From: Cyanophora paradoxa CCMP329
Taxonomy: Eukaryota > Plantae > Glaucophyta
DNA: 64,000 bases
Direction: 5' to 3'
Assembly (NCBI GenBank): GCA_004431415.1
Contig: QPMI01000632.1
Coordinates: 131,986-195,985 of the forward strand
A model generated the notes under the pieces. It worked only from the letters and a program-made list of their open reading frames with translations, was not told where the DNA came from and did no database searches. Below, in pieces: positions 46,514 through 57,674 of the stretch; the stretch's first letter is position 1, and the number at the start of each line of letters is the position of its first letter. The translations under genes were made by a program, and so were the position numbers.

Positions 46514-49500
46514 ATGGCGCGGAGCAGTGACCCCGTCGAGGATGGTACGCATCCCGTCGGACGCTTGTACACGCTGATTGCACTGACGTGCGCGTCCGCA
46601 GCCATCGCCAAGGGTGCGAACGCTTCAGCCGAACCATACAGCGCTGCCTGGCTGACCCCTACTGCTCGCCTGGACCGCTGCCTTGTCTGACCCCACTGCT
46701 CGCCGACGGCGCTTTCAGGCATCCCGTTCGGTTTGCACGGCTTTCGAATGCTGCTCCGGCCGCGCTGATTGCCTACAGACTCGCTTTCGCCGGCGATAAA
46801 GGAGCTGCTTAACAACAACCGCGATTCCTGGGTCGCGCGCGTGAAGGTGCGCCGGGGGCGCTCGGAATGGGCGGGGCGCGGTCGCGGGGAGAGAGCACGC
46901 GCCCGCTGGCCGGCGGCGGGCCGTCGCGCTGCACCGCCAGCCCGCGCCCGGCCCTCCGCCGGCCGCTCAAAGCGCGTGCAGGAGCACTGCTTCCGACACC
47001 AGCTGCGGTGGTCGCTCGGCGTGGCGCGCCTCGTCGTCGACGAGCCCGCGTACGCGCCCCTCTGCCGCCTGCGGCGCCGGCCAGCCGCAGCCGAGGCCGG
47101 CGCGCAGGTACTACGAGGAGCTGATGGGCGTCCTGCGCACGAACCTCATGCTGTGCGCGCCGGGGCCGGGTCCCGGGACCCCGTCCCTCGTCGGCCGCGC
47201 CGCTCGAGCGCGCCGCGCACGCGCAGCTACCCGTACCACCTCGCGGACCGGCTCGTCCGCCTGCTCGGCGCCAGCAGCTTCCGGTGCGGCCGCGGCCCGC
47301 CGCCCCGCCCCAAGCAGCTGAGCGGGGCCCCCGCAGGTACTACATCGACCTCCTCCACGATTTGATCCGGCGGGGTGCCCTCCTTCCCTCCCGGGCCCGC
47401 CCCGCGCCGCACCGCCGCTGACCGCGCGCCGGCGCCGCCCGCAGACAGCAGCTACGACGTGCGCCCCAACCCCCTTCCAACCCGCTTCCAGCCAACCTTT
47501 CGCCCTTCGCCCTGCACACCGCGTTCTCTTCTCGCAGACGATCCCGAACTTCACGGCGAACGACGCGCTGCGGCTGACGGGGATAGGCCGCAACGAGTAC
47601 ATCCGCCTCGTCCAGAACGTCAAGTCCAAGAACTGGCTCCAGCGCAAGGTGCCCTAACTTGCCCCCTTTCCTTTCCATGGTCAAGCCTCGTTACTTCGGA
47701 TCTGGTCCTCAGCCTTGTCGATCTAGGCCCCCTTCCTCCCCTTCTTAGCTTTCCGATCTTTGCTCCCTAAGCTTCCCTTCCTTGCGCCGCAGAGAAAGGA
47801 CGTGATCCGCGAGGCGCTGCCGGCCGCGCCGCTGCCGGTCCCCTGCGAGCACTGGTGGACCGTCTCCCTCGGGCCGCCCCTCCCCGCCGACGACCCCGCC
47901 GCCCGCGTGCGCGCGCCTTCTCCTCTTTCCTGCTGTGAGAATTCCTCCGACTTCTTCTCAGCGGGCGAGGGACGAGCACGCGGCGGCCTTCGAGGCGGTG
48001 GCGGGCGGCCCGAAGCCGGCCGGCACGCTGCCCCGCGACTCCGTCCTCGCCCTCTTCCAGGCGAGCAGCCCGTACCCCCTCTTTTGGCACCGTGTACCCC
48101 GCGGGATGACGTTTCCTCAGGCGGGGGCCGTGTACTATGACGTGCCCGTCCGCGATTCGGACCGCTTCTCGGGTCCGCCCGCCCTTTCGAGCCCCTCGTA
48201 CCCCCCTCTCACTCTCTCTCCAGTCCCGACGCTCCAGCACTTCGTCATGAACCGGTCCCAGACAGGAGAATCCTTCGAGCGGTCCGCCTCGCCTCCAACC
48301 CCGTACCCCTGCACTTCTCAACGTACCCTCAGGCTCCTCTACGACGTGTTCGTCTCCATCGACGAGCGCTCCACCGCGGGACAGGTGCCCTCCTCTCAAG
48401 CTCCATTCGCGTACCCCCCGCCCTCACGCCGGACAGCTCGCCGCCGTGCTCGACCGGCCGGTAGAGCACGTCTGCGTGCGTTCTCTACCCCACGCGTACC
48501 CCCGGCCCGCCTTCCTAACCCGTACCCCTCTCCAGAACGCGCTCTCGGTGCTCACGCGCCTTGGCTTCGCGAAGAAGATAACCGCCGAGCCCCTGACCGC
48601 CGTCCGCCCGTACCCCCCGCCCACCTCCGCTTCGCTCTGAGGCGCCCGCAGGGCGGCCGGACGGAGTGGCACGCCTCGTGGCTCGCCGTCGCCCCGTCGC
48701 TGGCCGCGCCCCGGCCCGCTCCGCCCCTGCCCCCGGGCCCCGCCTCCCGCGGCTCGCCCTCGCCCTCCCTGGACGACCCCCTCTCCGGGGGCCCCCGGGT
48801 CTCCTCCGACGCCCCCTCGCCCTCGGCCCCCTCGCCCTACGCCCCCCCCGCCCGGGTCGCCCTCGTCTACGACTCCACCCTCACAGCCTTCCTCATGATG
48901 GGCAACCTCTCCCCGGGTACGCCCCTCCCGCGCACCGGTACCCCCTCGTTCGCCGTTTCCGACCCTGCCTCCCCCGCAGGCCTCAAGCAGCATGCCGTGA
49001 CGATGTTCGAGGTGGGCCGCGCACTCCTCACTAGACGCCGTACCCCCGACGACCCCTCCCACCTCCCAGGTGGGCCGCATGACGGACGAGGCGGTAGCCC
49101 CCTTCCTGGACGAGCTGGGGAAGGCGAGCCAGCGTACCCCCCAACCCCCCCTCCCTCCCCCTCTTCCCTGAGCCTCGCCCTCGCCCTCGCCCTCGCCCTC
49201 GCCCTCGCCCTCGCCCTCGCCCTCGCCCTCCGCCTGCCAGATGAACGAGGTGCGGGAGGGGGACGGGCGGCGCTTCTACGGGGCGGCTCGGGCCCTCCGC
49301 GAGGCCGTCGCCTTCCTCCGCCGCAACGCCGCATGCCGGTCCCCCGCCCGCCCTCCCCACTCTCGCTCAGGCTCTCCGTTCTCTCAATCTTAGGCAGGCT
49401 CCCCGGCACCGACGGAACCCTCGGTACCCCCGCCCCGCCCCGCGCCCTCCGTGCCCCGCCCCGCCCCCGAGCCGCTCCGCAGACCTCATCCGCTGCGAGA

Positions 49501-50872
49501 GCCTCAACCAGCTCGACCCCGCCGCCCGCGAGAAGGTCCGGGCGCCGTACCCCCCCGCCCCCGCCCGCCCCCGTCCGGGACCGGGCGAGCCGCGCCCCAG
49601 CTGCTGGTCCGCTCCTACGCGGCGCTCGTCTCGGTGGCCCCGGTCCTCGGGGGCGGCGTGGGCGCCTCGCCAGGCCCCGGCCTCGCCGACCCGGACACGA
49701 TCCGCCTGCACTACGGCCCGCCCTGCCCGGAGGCCGCCAGCCCCTGGTTCCGCCTCTTCCTGTACGCCGCGGCCGGCGCCGGGCCCCCTTCCGCTCTCTT
49801 CCGCAAGGGCGAGCCCGTGCGCGGCCTGCCGCCCCTCCTGCGCGCCTGGGACCAGCTCCTCGTCCTCGACTGGGGGGGTACCGCCGAGGCCTCCGTCGTC
49901 GACTCGGCCGGCGCCCTCGCGGCGGCCGGCGACGCGACCCGCTGGGGCCCCGTCCTCCTCTCCGCCTACGCGGACGGGTACCGCAACCCGCCGCCCGCCG
50001 CCGCGGCCGAGGAGTCCCAGGACGCGCCCGAGGGGGGGGACGAGGAGGAGGGGGAGGGGGAGGAGGGGGCGCCCCTCGGCGCCCGCGTCATCGACGTGCC
50101 CTTCCCCCTCCCCGAGATGCACGGCCAGGACCTGCCCCCCCTTCTCCCGGGTACGCGCGCCTCTCCGCCTTCCTGTACCCATCCTGACCGGCTCGCCCTA
50201 GCCGCCGCCTACACGCGGTCCACCCTCCACCTGCACCCCACCGTCCGGCACCTCCAGGTGCACCCCCTACCCCGCTCCTCGCCCCCCGCCCGCCTCACCG
50301 CGCCAGTACCCCCCTCCAGGAGGTCCTCCGGCTGGAGGATTCCATCGGCTTCATCCGCATGACCCGCCTCCCCGTACCCCCCCGCCCCCACGACCACGAG
50401 TGCGCCGCACCTTACTCCCCCGCTTTGCTGTCGTTCCGACCCTGAACCCGTACCCTTCCCAGCGCGGCCGCGCCGCACGAGGGTGGCTCGGCGGGCGAGG
50501 ACGTGGCGAAGTGGGTACCCCTGGAACTTCACTTCGGCGTACCCCTTTTCGACGGGGCGATGACGCGGACGCTGCTGCAGACCGTCCGCCGCCGCCGCCT
50601 CTTCGACGGACCCAGGTGCGCCGCACCCCCCCCACGGCCCCACCAGCAAAGCTGGGGCGATCCCGGCTCCCCGCAGCGTCCAGAGGCACAAAGAGAGCTC
50701 CGCTTCTCTGGTGAACGCGCTGCGGGCGTTCATCGCGGAGCACTGCGGCGGCGGAGGCGCCGCCGGGGCCGCCTTCGGGGCCGCCGGGGACCTGGCCCAG
50801 AGCCTGGCGCCGCCCGTCCCGCTCCCGACGCGCTCCCTGCTCTTCGACGGGAGCCAAGTGCGCGCTCTGTGA
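46514..50872 (+). CDS. FAM91A1: FAM91A1 homologue (endosome-to-Golgi trafficking)
   Basis: YYEEL..[121 protein letters not shown]. Confidence 0.92.
49173..49230 (+). repeat. (CCTCGC)n hexamer microsatellite in a FAM91A1 intron
   Basis: About 10 perfect units just before a CAG acceptor at 49240; the LALALA reading in the ORF track is intronic. Confidence 0.85.
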
Positions 50873-50968
50873 CCCCGCCTCCGGGAAAGCATCGCGGTCG
50901 AGTGGGAGAGCTATCAATGTAAAGAGTCCTAACAACAACAGCCAGCGTCGCCCGCCGGCGCTAGCGAT

Positions 50969-51621
50969 CTAGTGGTGGCCATGCTTCTTCTTCTGCGCAG
51001 CGCAGCGGTATAAGCCTTCTGCAATCGGCGGTGCGCGGGCGGGCGGCGGGGCGGCTCGCCTGGATGAACCGCAGGCCGCAGTACTTGCACTCTGCCCGGC
51101 GAGCGGCGTCAGCGGCGGCAGGCTGACCACGGGTTGCGCCATTCCGCGCACCGTTGGGCGTCGGCTTGTCGAGCACGATGTACTCGATCGGGTGGCCGAG
51201 CGGGCCGCCACCTACGCGCCCCAGCGAAAGCGTGAGTGATACGGCGCGCAGGGCCGCGGCGACCGCGGATGGCCGCGGCGGAGGGGCCCAGGTCCACGAG
51301 ACGGACGCACCGCCGTCGCAGGCAGCAACGCGGCCGTTGATTTCAATGGGCGGGACCTCAGCGATCAGTTCCATCGGCGACTTGGTGTTGCCGTCGGGCT
51401 GCCGGCGTTCGGGCGCCGAATCAGCACCACAAACAGCTCAAGACGGTGCAAAGTGGGTCTCGGCGCACGTTGAACAGCCACTTAGCCGTGTGGCCGCTGG
51501 GGGCGGCAGCAGAGGCCGACCGCGTGATGACGGCCGCGGCAGGGGTCCGCATGGGAGCCCGCGCCACCATGCTCCTCGACACGGCGCTGGAGACGCGCCG
51601 GAGCGCGGCGGCTGTGTTCAT
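50969..51621 (-). CDS. NDUFS6: Complex I zinc-finger subunit NDUFS6 (13 kDa), with mitochondrial presequence
   Basis: [54 protein letters not shown] (zf-CHCC); R/S/A-rich presequence. Confidence 0.93.
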
Positions 51622-51852
51622 CGCGCACGAACTGCGCGGGCCGGGGACCAATGTTAGGGCTCAGCCCGCAACAGGCGACTGCAGAGAGCGTGCCGGGCAG
51701 CACAAAAGTGCTCGGGAGGACGAATTCGCGGACCTGCTCGAATGGGGTACACGAGCGATTGGGGGGTAGGCACAACACGAATCGTGCGTCGAGCGCCTCG
51801 AAGCCTTGTCTCCAGCTAACCCTGGGCCCATTCAACCCGGTTCCCCGCGCAG

Positions 51853-53085
51853 ATGAGCACTCAGGTCAGCAAGAAGCGGAAGGTGCGCTGATTCCCAGCC
51901 CAGTCGCCACTCGATCGTGAACGCCTGTCGTCTGGGGCCTCCGCTGATCTCGTCCTTTCTTTCCTTCGTTTGTGCGCATGGTAGTTCGTCGCGGACGGCG
52001 TTTTCTTCGCCGAGCTCAATGAGCTCCTCACCCGGGAGCTGGCCGAGGATGGCTACTCCGGGGTGGAGGTCCGCGTGACTCCGGCGCGCACGGAGATCAT
52101 CATCCGGGCTACCCGCACCCAGAGCGTGCTCGGCGAGAAGGGCCGCCGCATCCGCGAGCTCACCGCCGTCGTGCAAAAGCGCTTCAAGTTCCCGGAGAAC
52201 AGCGTCGAGCTCTACGCTGAGCGCGTGCGTTATTACTCTATTCTGAATGCCCAGCATGCGTTTCGGCGCGATTCCCACGGCTGCTGCTTCGCTGCCGACG
52301 CTGGGGTTGTTTCGTGCAGGTCGCCAACCGCGGTCTCTGCGCCATTGCCCAGGCCGAGTCCCTCCGCTACAAGCTCCTCGGTGGTCTCCCCGTCCGCCGG
52401 TTCGTCAGATCTGGGGGCGCGCCCGCGCGTTAGGCGTGAAGATCCATCGCGGGGCTCGCTTCATATGGGGCTCGTCGCTTCCGCCCGGGCCCTCGCGCTG
52501 ACTTCCGCGCGCACAGCGCGTGCTACGGTGTCCTCCGCTTCATCATGGAGTCCGGCGCCAAGGGTTGCGAGGTTATCGTGTCCGGCAAGCTCCGCGCCCA
52601 GCGTGCGAAGAGCATGAAGTTCAAGGACGGCTACATGATCTCGTCCGGCCAGCCCTCGATTGATTTCGTGGACCGCGCCGTGCGCCACGTCATGATGCGT
52701 CAGGGTGAGCGCTGGTCCCTGGTTCCCGCCGGGCGGGCACGTTGCAGCGCCTTTTCCTCACGCCCGCGCGCCCGCCCCGCAGGTGTGCTCGGTGTCCAGG
52801 TCTCGATCATGCTTCCCCACGACCCGACCGGCAAGGTCCGGCCGGCCGCCGCGCCCTACCTCGGGCGACCGCCGCGCCCCGCGCTCCGCTCGCTCACGCC
52901 CGAGCAGGCGGGCCCCAAGAAGCACCAGCCGGACGTCGTCACCATCCTTGAGCCCAAGGATGAGCGCATCCCCGTCGCCGCGGCCGCCCCGCCCAAGGCC
53001 AAGGTCCGCCCTGCTCTCAACGCGGCCTGGCGTGGGGCTGGGAGCTGACGGCCTGCGCCCCTCGCAGGAGGGTCTCGAGGACTAA
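51853..53085 (+). CDS. RPS3: 40S ribosomal protein S3 (uS3)
   Basis: [82 protein letters not shown]; six GT-AG coding introns. Confidence 0.98.
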
Positions 53086-53548
53086 GCGGCTCCCCACCGC
53101 TTCAACCAGCGCCGGAGGATGCCCCACGAGACGTCCCGGCGTGTGCCGACTGCTGCCTGAAAGCGCGCCTGCTCAGTTTCGTGTGCCCCTGTTCCGCCCA
53201 GTGTGCTCTCCAATTCGTGTCAAGCGGAAGGGGTGATTCTGAACTCCGTGTGCGGCGCCGTCCCGTCCCGCGGGCTGGGGTGCTTTGGGGGCCTTCGTTC
53301 TCTCTCACCAGTTGAATTTAGTTTCTACGCACGCCACTTTATACAATCGATATCGCAATCTGCGGGGCGCGCGCCGGCGGCGCCCCGCAAAGAAATGGAA
53401 AAGAAAGAGAGCTTAAGTTACGATAGTACCAATCTGCTGAAACTACGTTTCTGTCACTGAAAAAGAAGTGGCCCCGAGCGGGCGGGGCGGGGAGCTCGGA
53501 GTGCGACGAGGCGCCTTCCGAGCCTCAACTAGTGGAGGGCCCCGACGC

Positions 53549-56500
53549 TCAGTACCGGGAGATATCGCGCCCGAAAAGAATCGTCTTGCTCCAGTCGAAG
53601 GCCACCGAGAGCTTGTTCCGCAGCGACACCTGCGCCCTCGTCAGAGCCCGGCGAGGAGGCGCGGGGCTGGGTGGCCGGGGGGGGGGGGGGGGGGGCCAGG
53701 GGCCGAGGAGGGGGGTACACGCCTGCTTGGCGAGGTAGGCCGAGCGCCACGCGATCCACGTGAAGAAGCCTGCCGCCCGCTGAGAAAGGAAGGCGAGTGG
53801 GGGAGCTGCAGGGGGGCGCGGACCGGAGCCGCCGTAGCCGGAGCCGAGCTCGGCGACGGCCTCCTCGGAGCCGATGTACGCGAAGGAGCCGAAGTGGTGG
53901 TACCTGCCCCGCCGCCCCGCCGCCCCGGCCCCGTGAGCCCGGGCGCCCAAGCGGCTCCGGCCCTGTCTTCCCGAAGCCCAGAGGTAGGCGGGGCGGGGCG
54001 GGGCGGGGCCCCGGGCAGGGGCGGTGATTAGGATAGATTAAATAAACCCAGCTTGTAGGGCATATAATTGATATCTGGGCGCACACGAAGGGGGCGACGT
54101 CGGGCTCCTCGGCGCGAGCCAGCTTGATCACCCGCTCGCTGCCGCGGAGGCGATCAAGCAAGCGGAAGCGGAGAGGGGGGGCGGGGGGCGGACTTGAGGG
54201 CGCGGCCGAGGTAGACGCCCTGCTGGTTGGCCACCTGCGCCGTCGGCGCGAACGACTTGAACTGCGCGCCCAGGCCGCCCGCCCGGAGGACGTCAGGAGT
54301 GGAGCTGGAGGCGCTCCGGCTCGGGCGCCGGCTGGACTGGAGCTCTAGACTCGAGGCCCCCTGCGCCAGAGAGACGAGGCAGGAGAACCGCAGGTGCAGG
54401 GGACTAGTGTGATTAGAGGCCTCCCGTCAGAGAGGAGGCAGGAGAACCACGGGCCCCTTGCCCCTCCCCCGCCCCGGGCCCGACCCGCGCCGGCCCCTCA
54501 GAAGAGGCGCACGAGGGAGTCGACGTCGCGGAGGATGGCCTCGAACTCGGGCAGCGTCAGCCGCCCTGCCCGCCCCGCCCCCTCAGAAGGGGGCGGGAGG
54601 AGGAGGAGGGAGGGGGGGGAAGGGGAGGGGGTACCCTTGGAGCCCTTGCGGGTCATGAACTGCCGCTCGACGGCCTCCGCGTACTCCGTGAAGTGCGGGT
54701 CTGGGCGGGCGAGAAGGTAAGACGGGGCGGGTGGGGAGCTCGGGTGGGCGGGCCGGGGCGCACAGCGCTGGCGCATGCTCTCGACGAGCTTGAAGAACTG
54801 CACGAGGGAGATGCTCCCCACCTGCCGCCCCGCATTCTCTGATCATGAGGGGCGCGGGGCGGGCCGTGCGGGGGGCGGGGCGGGGCGGGCCTTCTCGCGG
54901 TCGGCCTCCGTGAAGAGGCGCACGCAGTCGCGCTGCAGCTTCTTCTGCTCGATCGTCGCGCAGTCCCCTGCCCCCAGAGCTGTGAGGCGGCGAGGCCAGC
55001 GGGCGGGGGGGAGGGCGCACCGGCGGCGTAGACGTTGCGGGCGCCGATGACGCGCAGGTGCGCGTCCGTCGAGAGCGCCCGCCTGTTGTCTGCGCGCGCG
55101 CGCCCGGTCGGAGAGGGCGCGGGGGGCGGGGCTCGGCTCCCGCGCACTCTGGTGGGGAATGTCGTTGATGAGGGTCTGGATCAGCGGGTTCGGGCCTGCG
55201 CGGCTCCACTTAGAGTGGGAGGGAGAGGGGGAGGGGTACAAGCAGCCTCTTGCACCGATGCCCGTCGACCAGACGCAAAGGCCGAACGGGATCTGAGGGC
55301 CGCCGTCTCAGGGCGGTACCCCGGGGAGCGGGCCGGGGAGGGGGTAGGGGGTACGCGCCTTGACGACCTCGCCGGTCTCGGAGCGCTGAACCGTGATCGA
55401 GCCCTTCTCCACCTCGTTCTGGCGAGCGGCGGCGAGCGGCTCAGGAGAGGAGGGGGGGGGGGGGGGGGGGGTAGAGGACGCACGACGCGGGAGCGCGTCT
55501 GGACCTCGATGGCCTGCCGCTTGAACCGCTTCTCCGCGTCTGCCGGCGCGGCGCGGCGCGGTCAGACAGGGAGACGCCCGCTCGGAAGGGGGCGCGCACA
55601 GTCGGAGATCTGGCGGGAGAACATGGAGAGGACGTGGTCTGGTGGGGGTGACGAGATCAGAAGGGGGGGGTGGGGCGGGCGGGGAGGCGAGGAGGGGGGC
55701 GCACCGAGGGACTCGATGAGAGTGATCTTGACGTAGGGGGTGAGGTGGGGGAAGAAGCGCGACGCGTCTGCGGGGTACACGTCCGGCCCGTCGGAGGGGG
55801 TACGGCGGGGGGGGGGAGGGTACGCCGCACCGTCGCGGATGAAGTCGTGGAGCTCGGCGGCGTACTCTACCCCCGTCGGCCTGCGAGGGGGTTGGGAAGT
55901 GGGGCTCGAAGCTTAAGGGGCGCGGAGGCGAGGGAGCGAGGGGCCGCACCCGCCCTGCGCACGAAGGCGAAGCGGGGCGGGTGGTGCTCAGCGGAGGAGA
56001 TGGGGCGAGGAGCAAACGGGGGGGGGGGGGGGGGGGGGGGGGGGAGGCGCACCCCGACGACGACGAAGTGGAGGAGCTTGCGGATCTCGTCCTCCGAGTG
56101 CCCTGCGCCCTCTCAGTTATAGGGGAAAGGGAGGGAGGGAAGGGGGGGACCGGACCGGGGATGGCGGCGCGCTCGAACTCGTCCATGATGGCGGAGCGGA
56201 CGTTCCGCGCGTCGTTCAGCTCCTTCAGGAACATCGTGTTCTGGCGGGGCGCGCGATGAGGGGGAGACGAGGATGAGGAGGGGAGAGCGGGGGGCGGGTC
56301 GGGGCGGGGCGGGGGGACCTCCTTGACGCCCTTGATGCCGAAGGTGTTGTTGACGGCGCCCACCGTGATCACCAGGTGGTCGTAAGGCACCTGGGGGTAC
56401 GAGAAAGCCTCAGGGGGGGAGGGCTTGGCGAGGGGGTACAGCGGCGCGCCTCGAAGTGCTGCATGTTGCCCTCGCCCTCGATCTGCCGCAGCCGCTTCGA

Positions 56501-57585
56501 GGGGTGCTCTGCGCCGCGAGAGGAAAGGTAAGCAGGGTTGGGGGCGAAAGAGGAGGAGGGTACGCGAGCGCACCCTCGCAGAGGATGCGTTGCCGCTCGT
56601 GGTCCACCCCAATGCACTTGGCCTGAATGGCGGGCGTGTGGGGGGTACGAGGAGGGTCGTGGGGGGTACGGTGTACCTCGAGGTAGGTGCAGGAGGGGTT
56701 CGTGCGGAGGAGGAAGGCACGGATGGGTTCGATGATGCTTCGCGTCTCAATGGTGCCGACTGAATCGAACGTCACGGGCGGCGGGGTGGGGCGGGTGAGC
56801 GCGGTTCGAGTGCGGGGGGTACCGGCGGTGCTGGGGAGGAGGGGGGTGAAGAGGAAAAAGTTGCGGGGGGATACGATTGTGACCTGTGCGGCCGGCGTCG
56901 GGGGGGGCGGCGGCGCGGGCGGGGGCGGACGGGACGGGAAATGGGCGCACATCGAAGTATCTAGTGTCGAGCTCTCGCACAGCCGCGAGCGCCGCCCATC
57001 CTGCAGCCGCCGCCGCCGCGCGTCATGCGGGCCCGGACGCGGCGCGCGGAGATTCGATGGCGGACCCGTCCCGAGCACGACGACGCGCTGCTTCTGGTAT
57101 CCCTCGGGCGGCGCGTTCCGAACGTACTCCGACATGTCTGTTCCGCGCGCGCCTGAGCGGTCCCGCGGCGGCACGAGGCGCCCGAGCGCGCCCCGCCCGT
57201 TCATCATGTGCATAGGACGCACCATACGCGTAGATGCCCGCGGCTGCAGAGGCGGCGGCGATGATTCCCCATTTTAGACCTGTCCTCACAAATGACCCGA
57301 ACTTCGCGCCGCTGCCCGAGCCCTCGCCGCCGCCTTCGCCGCCTGTGCCGCCGGCGTGAATGGGGCCCGACGATTGTGCCCGGGCCCCAGGCCGCCGCAG
57401 CAGCGGCGCAACCCGCGCCAGCGTCCGCCGTGCCGCAGCCGCGAGCGGTGCTGCGCGTCGTCAGCGTGGAAGCGGAGAGGCGACGGCTCGCGGCGCCCTC
57501 CGGGTTGCGCTGGCGCTAGACAGAGGTCGCTCTGCTGATGCTCTAGGGGCACTCCGGCGGCGCACAGCCACGCACCGCTGCTCAT
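53549..57585 (-). CDS. Type II (alternative) NAD(P)H dehydrogenase, NDB/NDE type with an EF-hand-like insert
   Basis: VVVLGTGW, SPRNFFLFTPLLPST, YDHLVITVGAVNNTFGIKGV, FLKELNDA, HFVVVGAGPTGVEYAAELHDF, GDCAT, insert LFTEADREK, APTAQVANQQG, WRSAYL, FGRDISRY; presequence MSSAPLAAAARRTLAR. Confidence 0.93.
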
Positions 57586-57674
57586 CGCCAAGTTCTGTCG
57601 CGTACCCCGGATCGGTTTTTTTCGACCAACGGCCCTGCAGTTTCCCCAACTAGCCAGCGGCAGGGCAGCACGCA
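57586..57674. promoter_or_regulatory. Putative minimal bidirectional promoter between NDH2 and CAP-H
   Basis: Only 89 bp between the inferred divergent start codons. Confidence 0.5.

Noticed and set aside
46380-46818. Minus-strand ORFs as the ARM gene start, or a TGA readthrough at 46438
   Set aside because: They overlap the FAM91A1 5' exons on the opposite strand; a simpler start exists at 46084. All conserved genes read with the standard code.
52400-52516. Box C/D snoRNA in RPS3 intron 3 (GTGAAGA..CTGA)
   Set aside because: The C box is imperfect, the CTGA coincides with the branch point, and no terminal stem or guide is evident.
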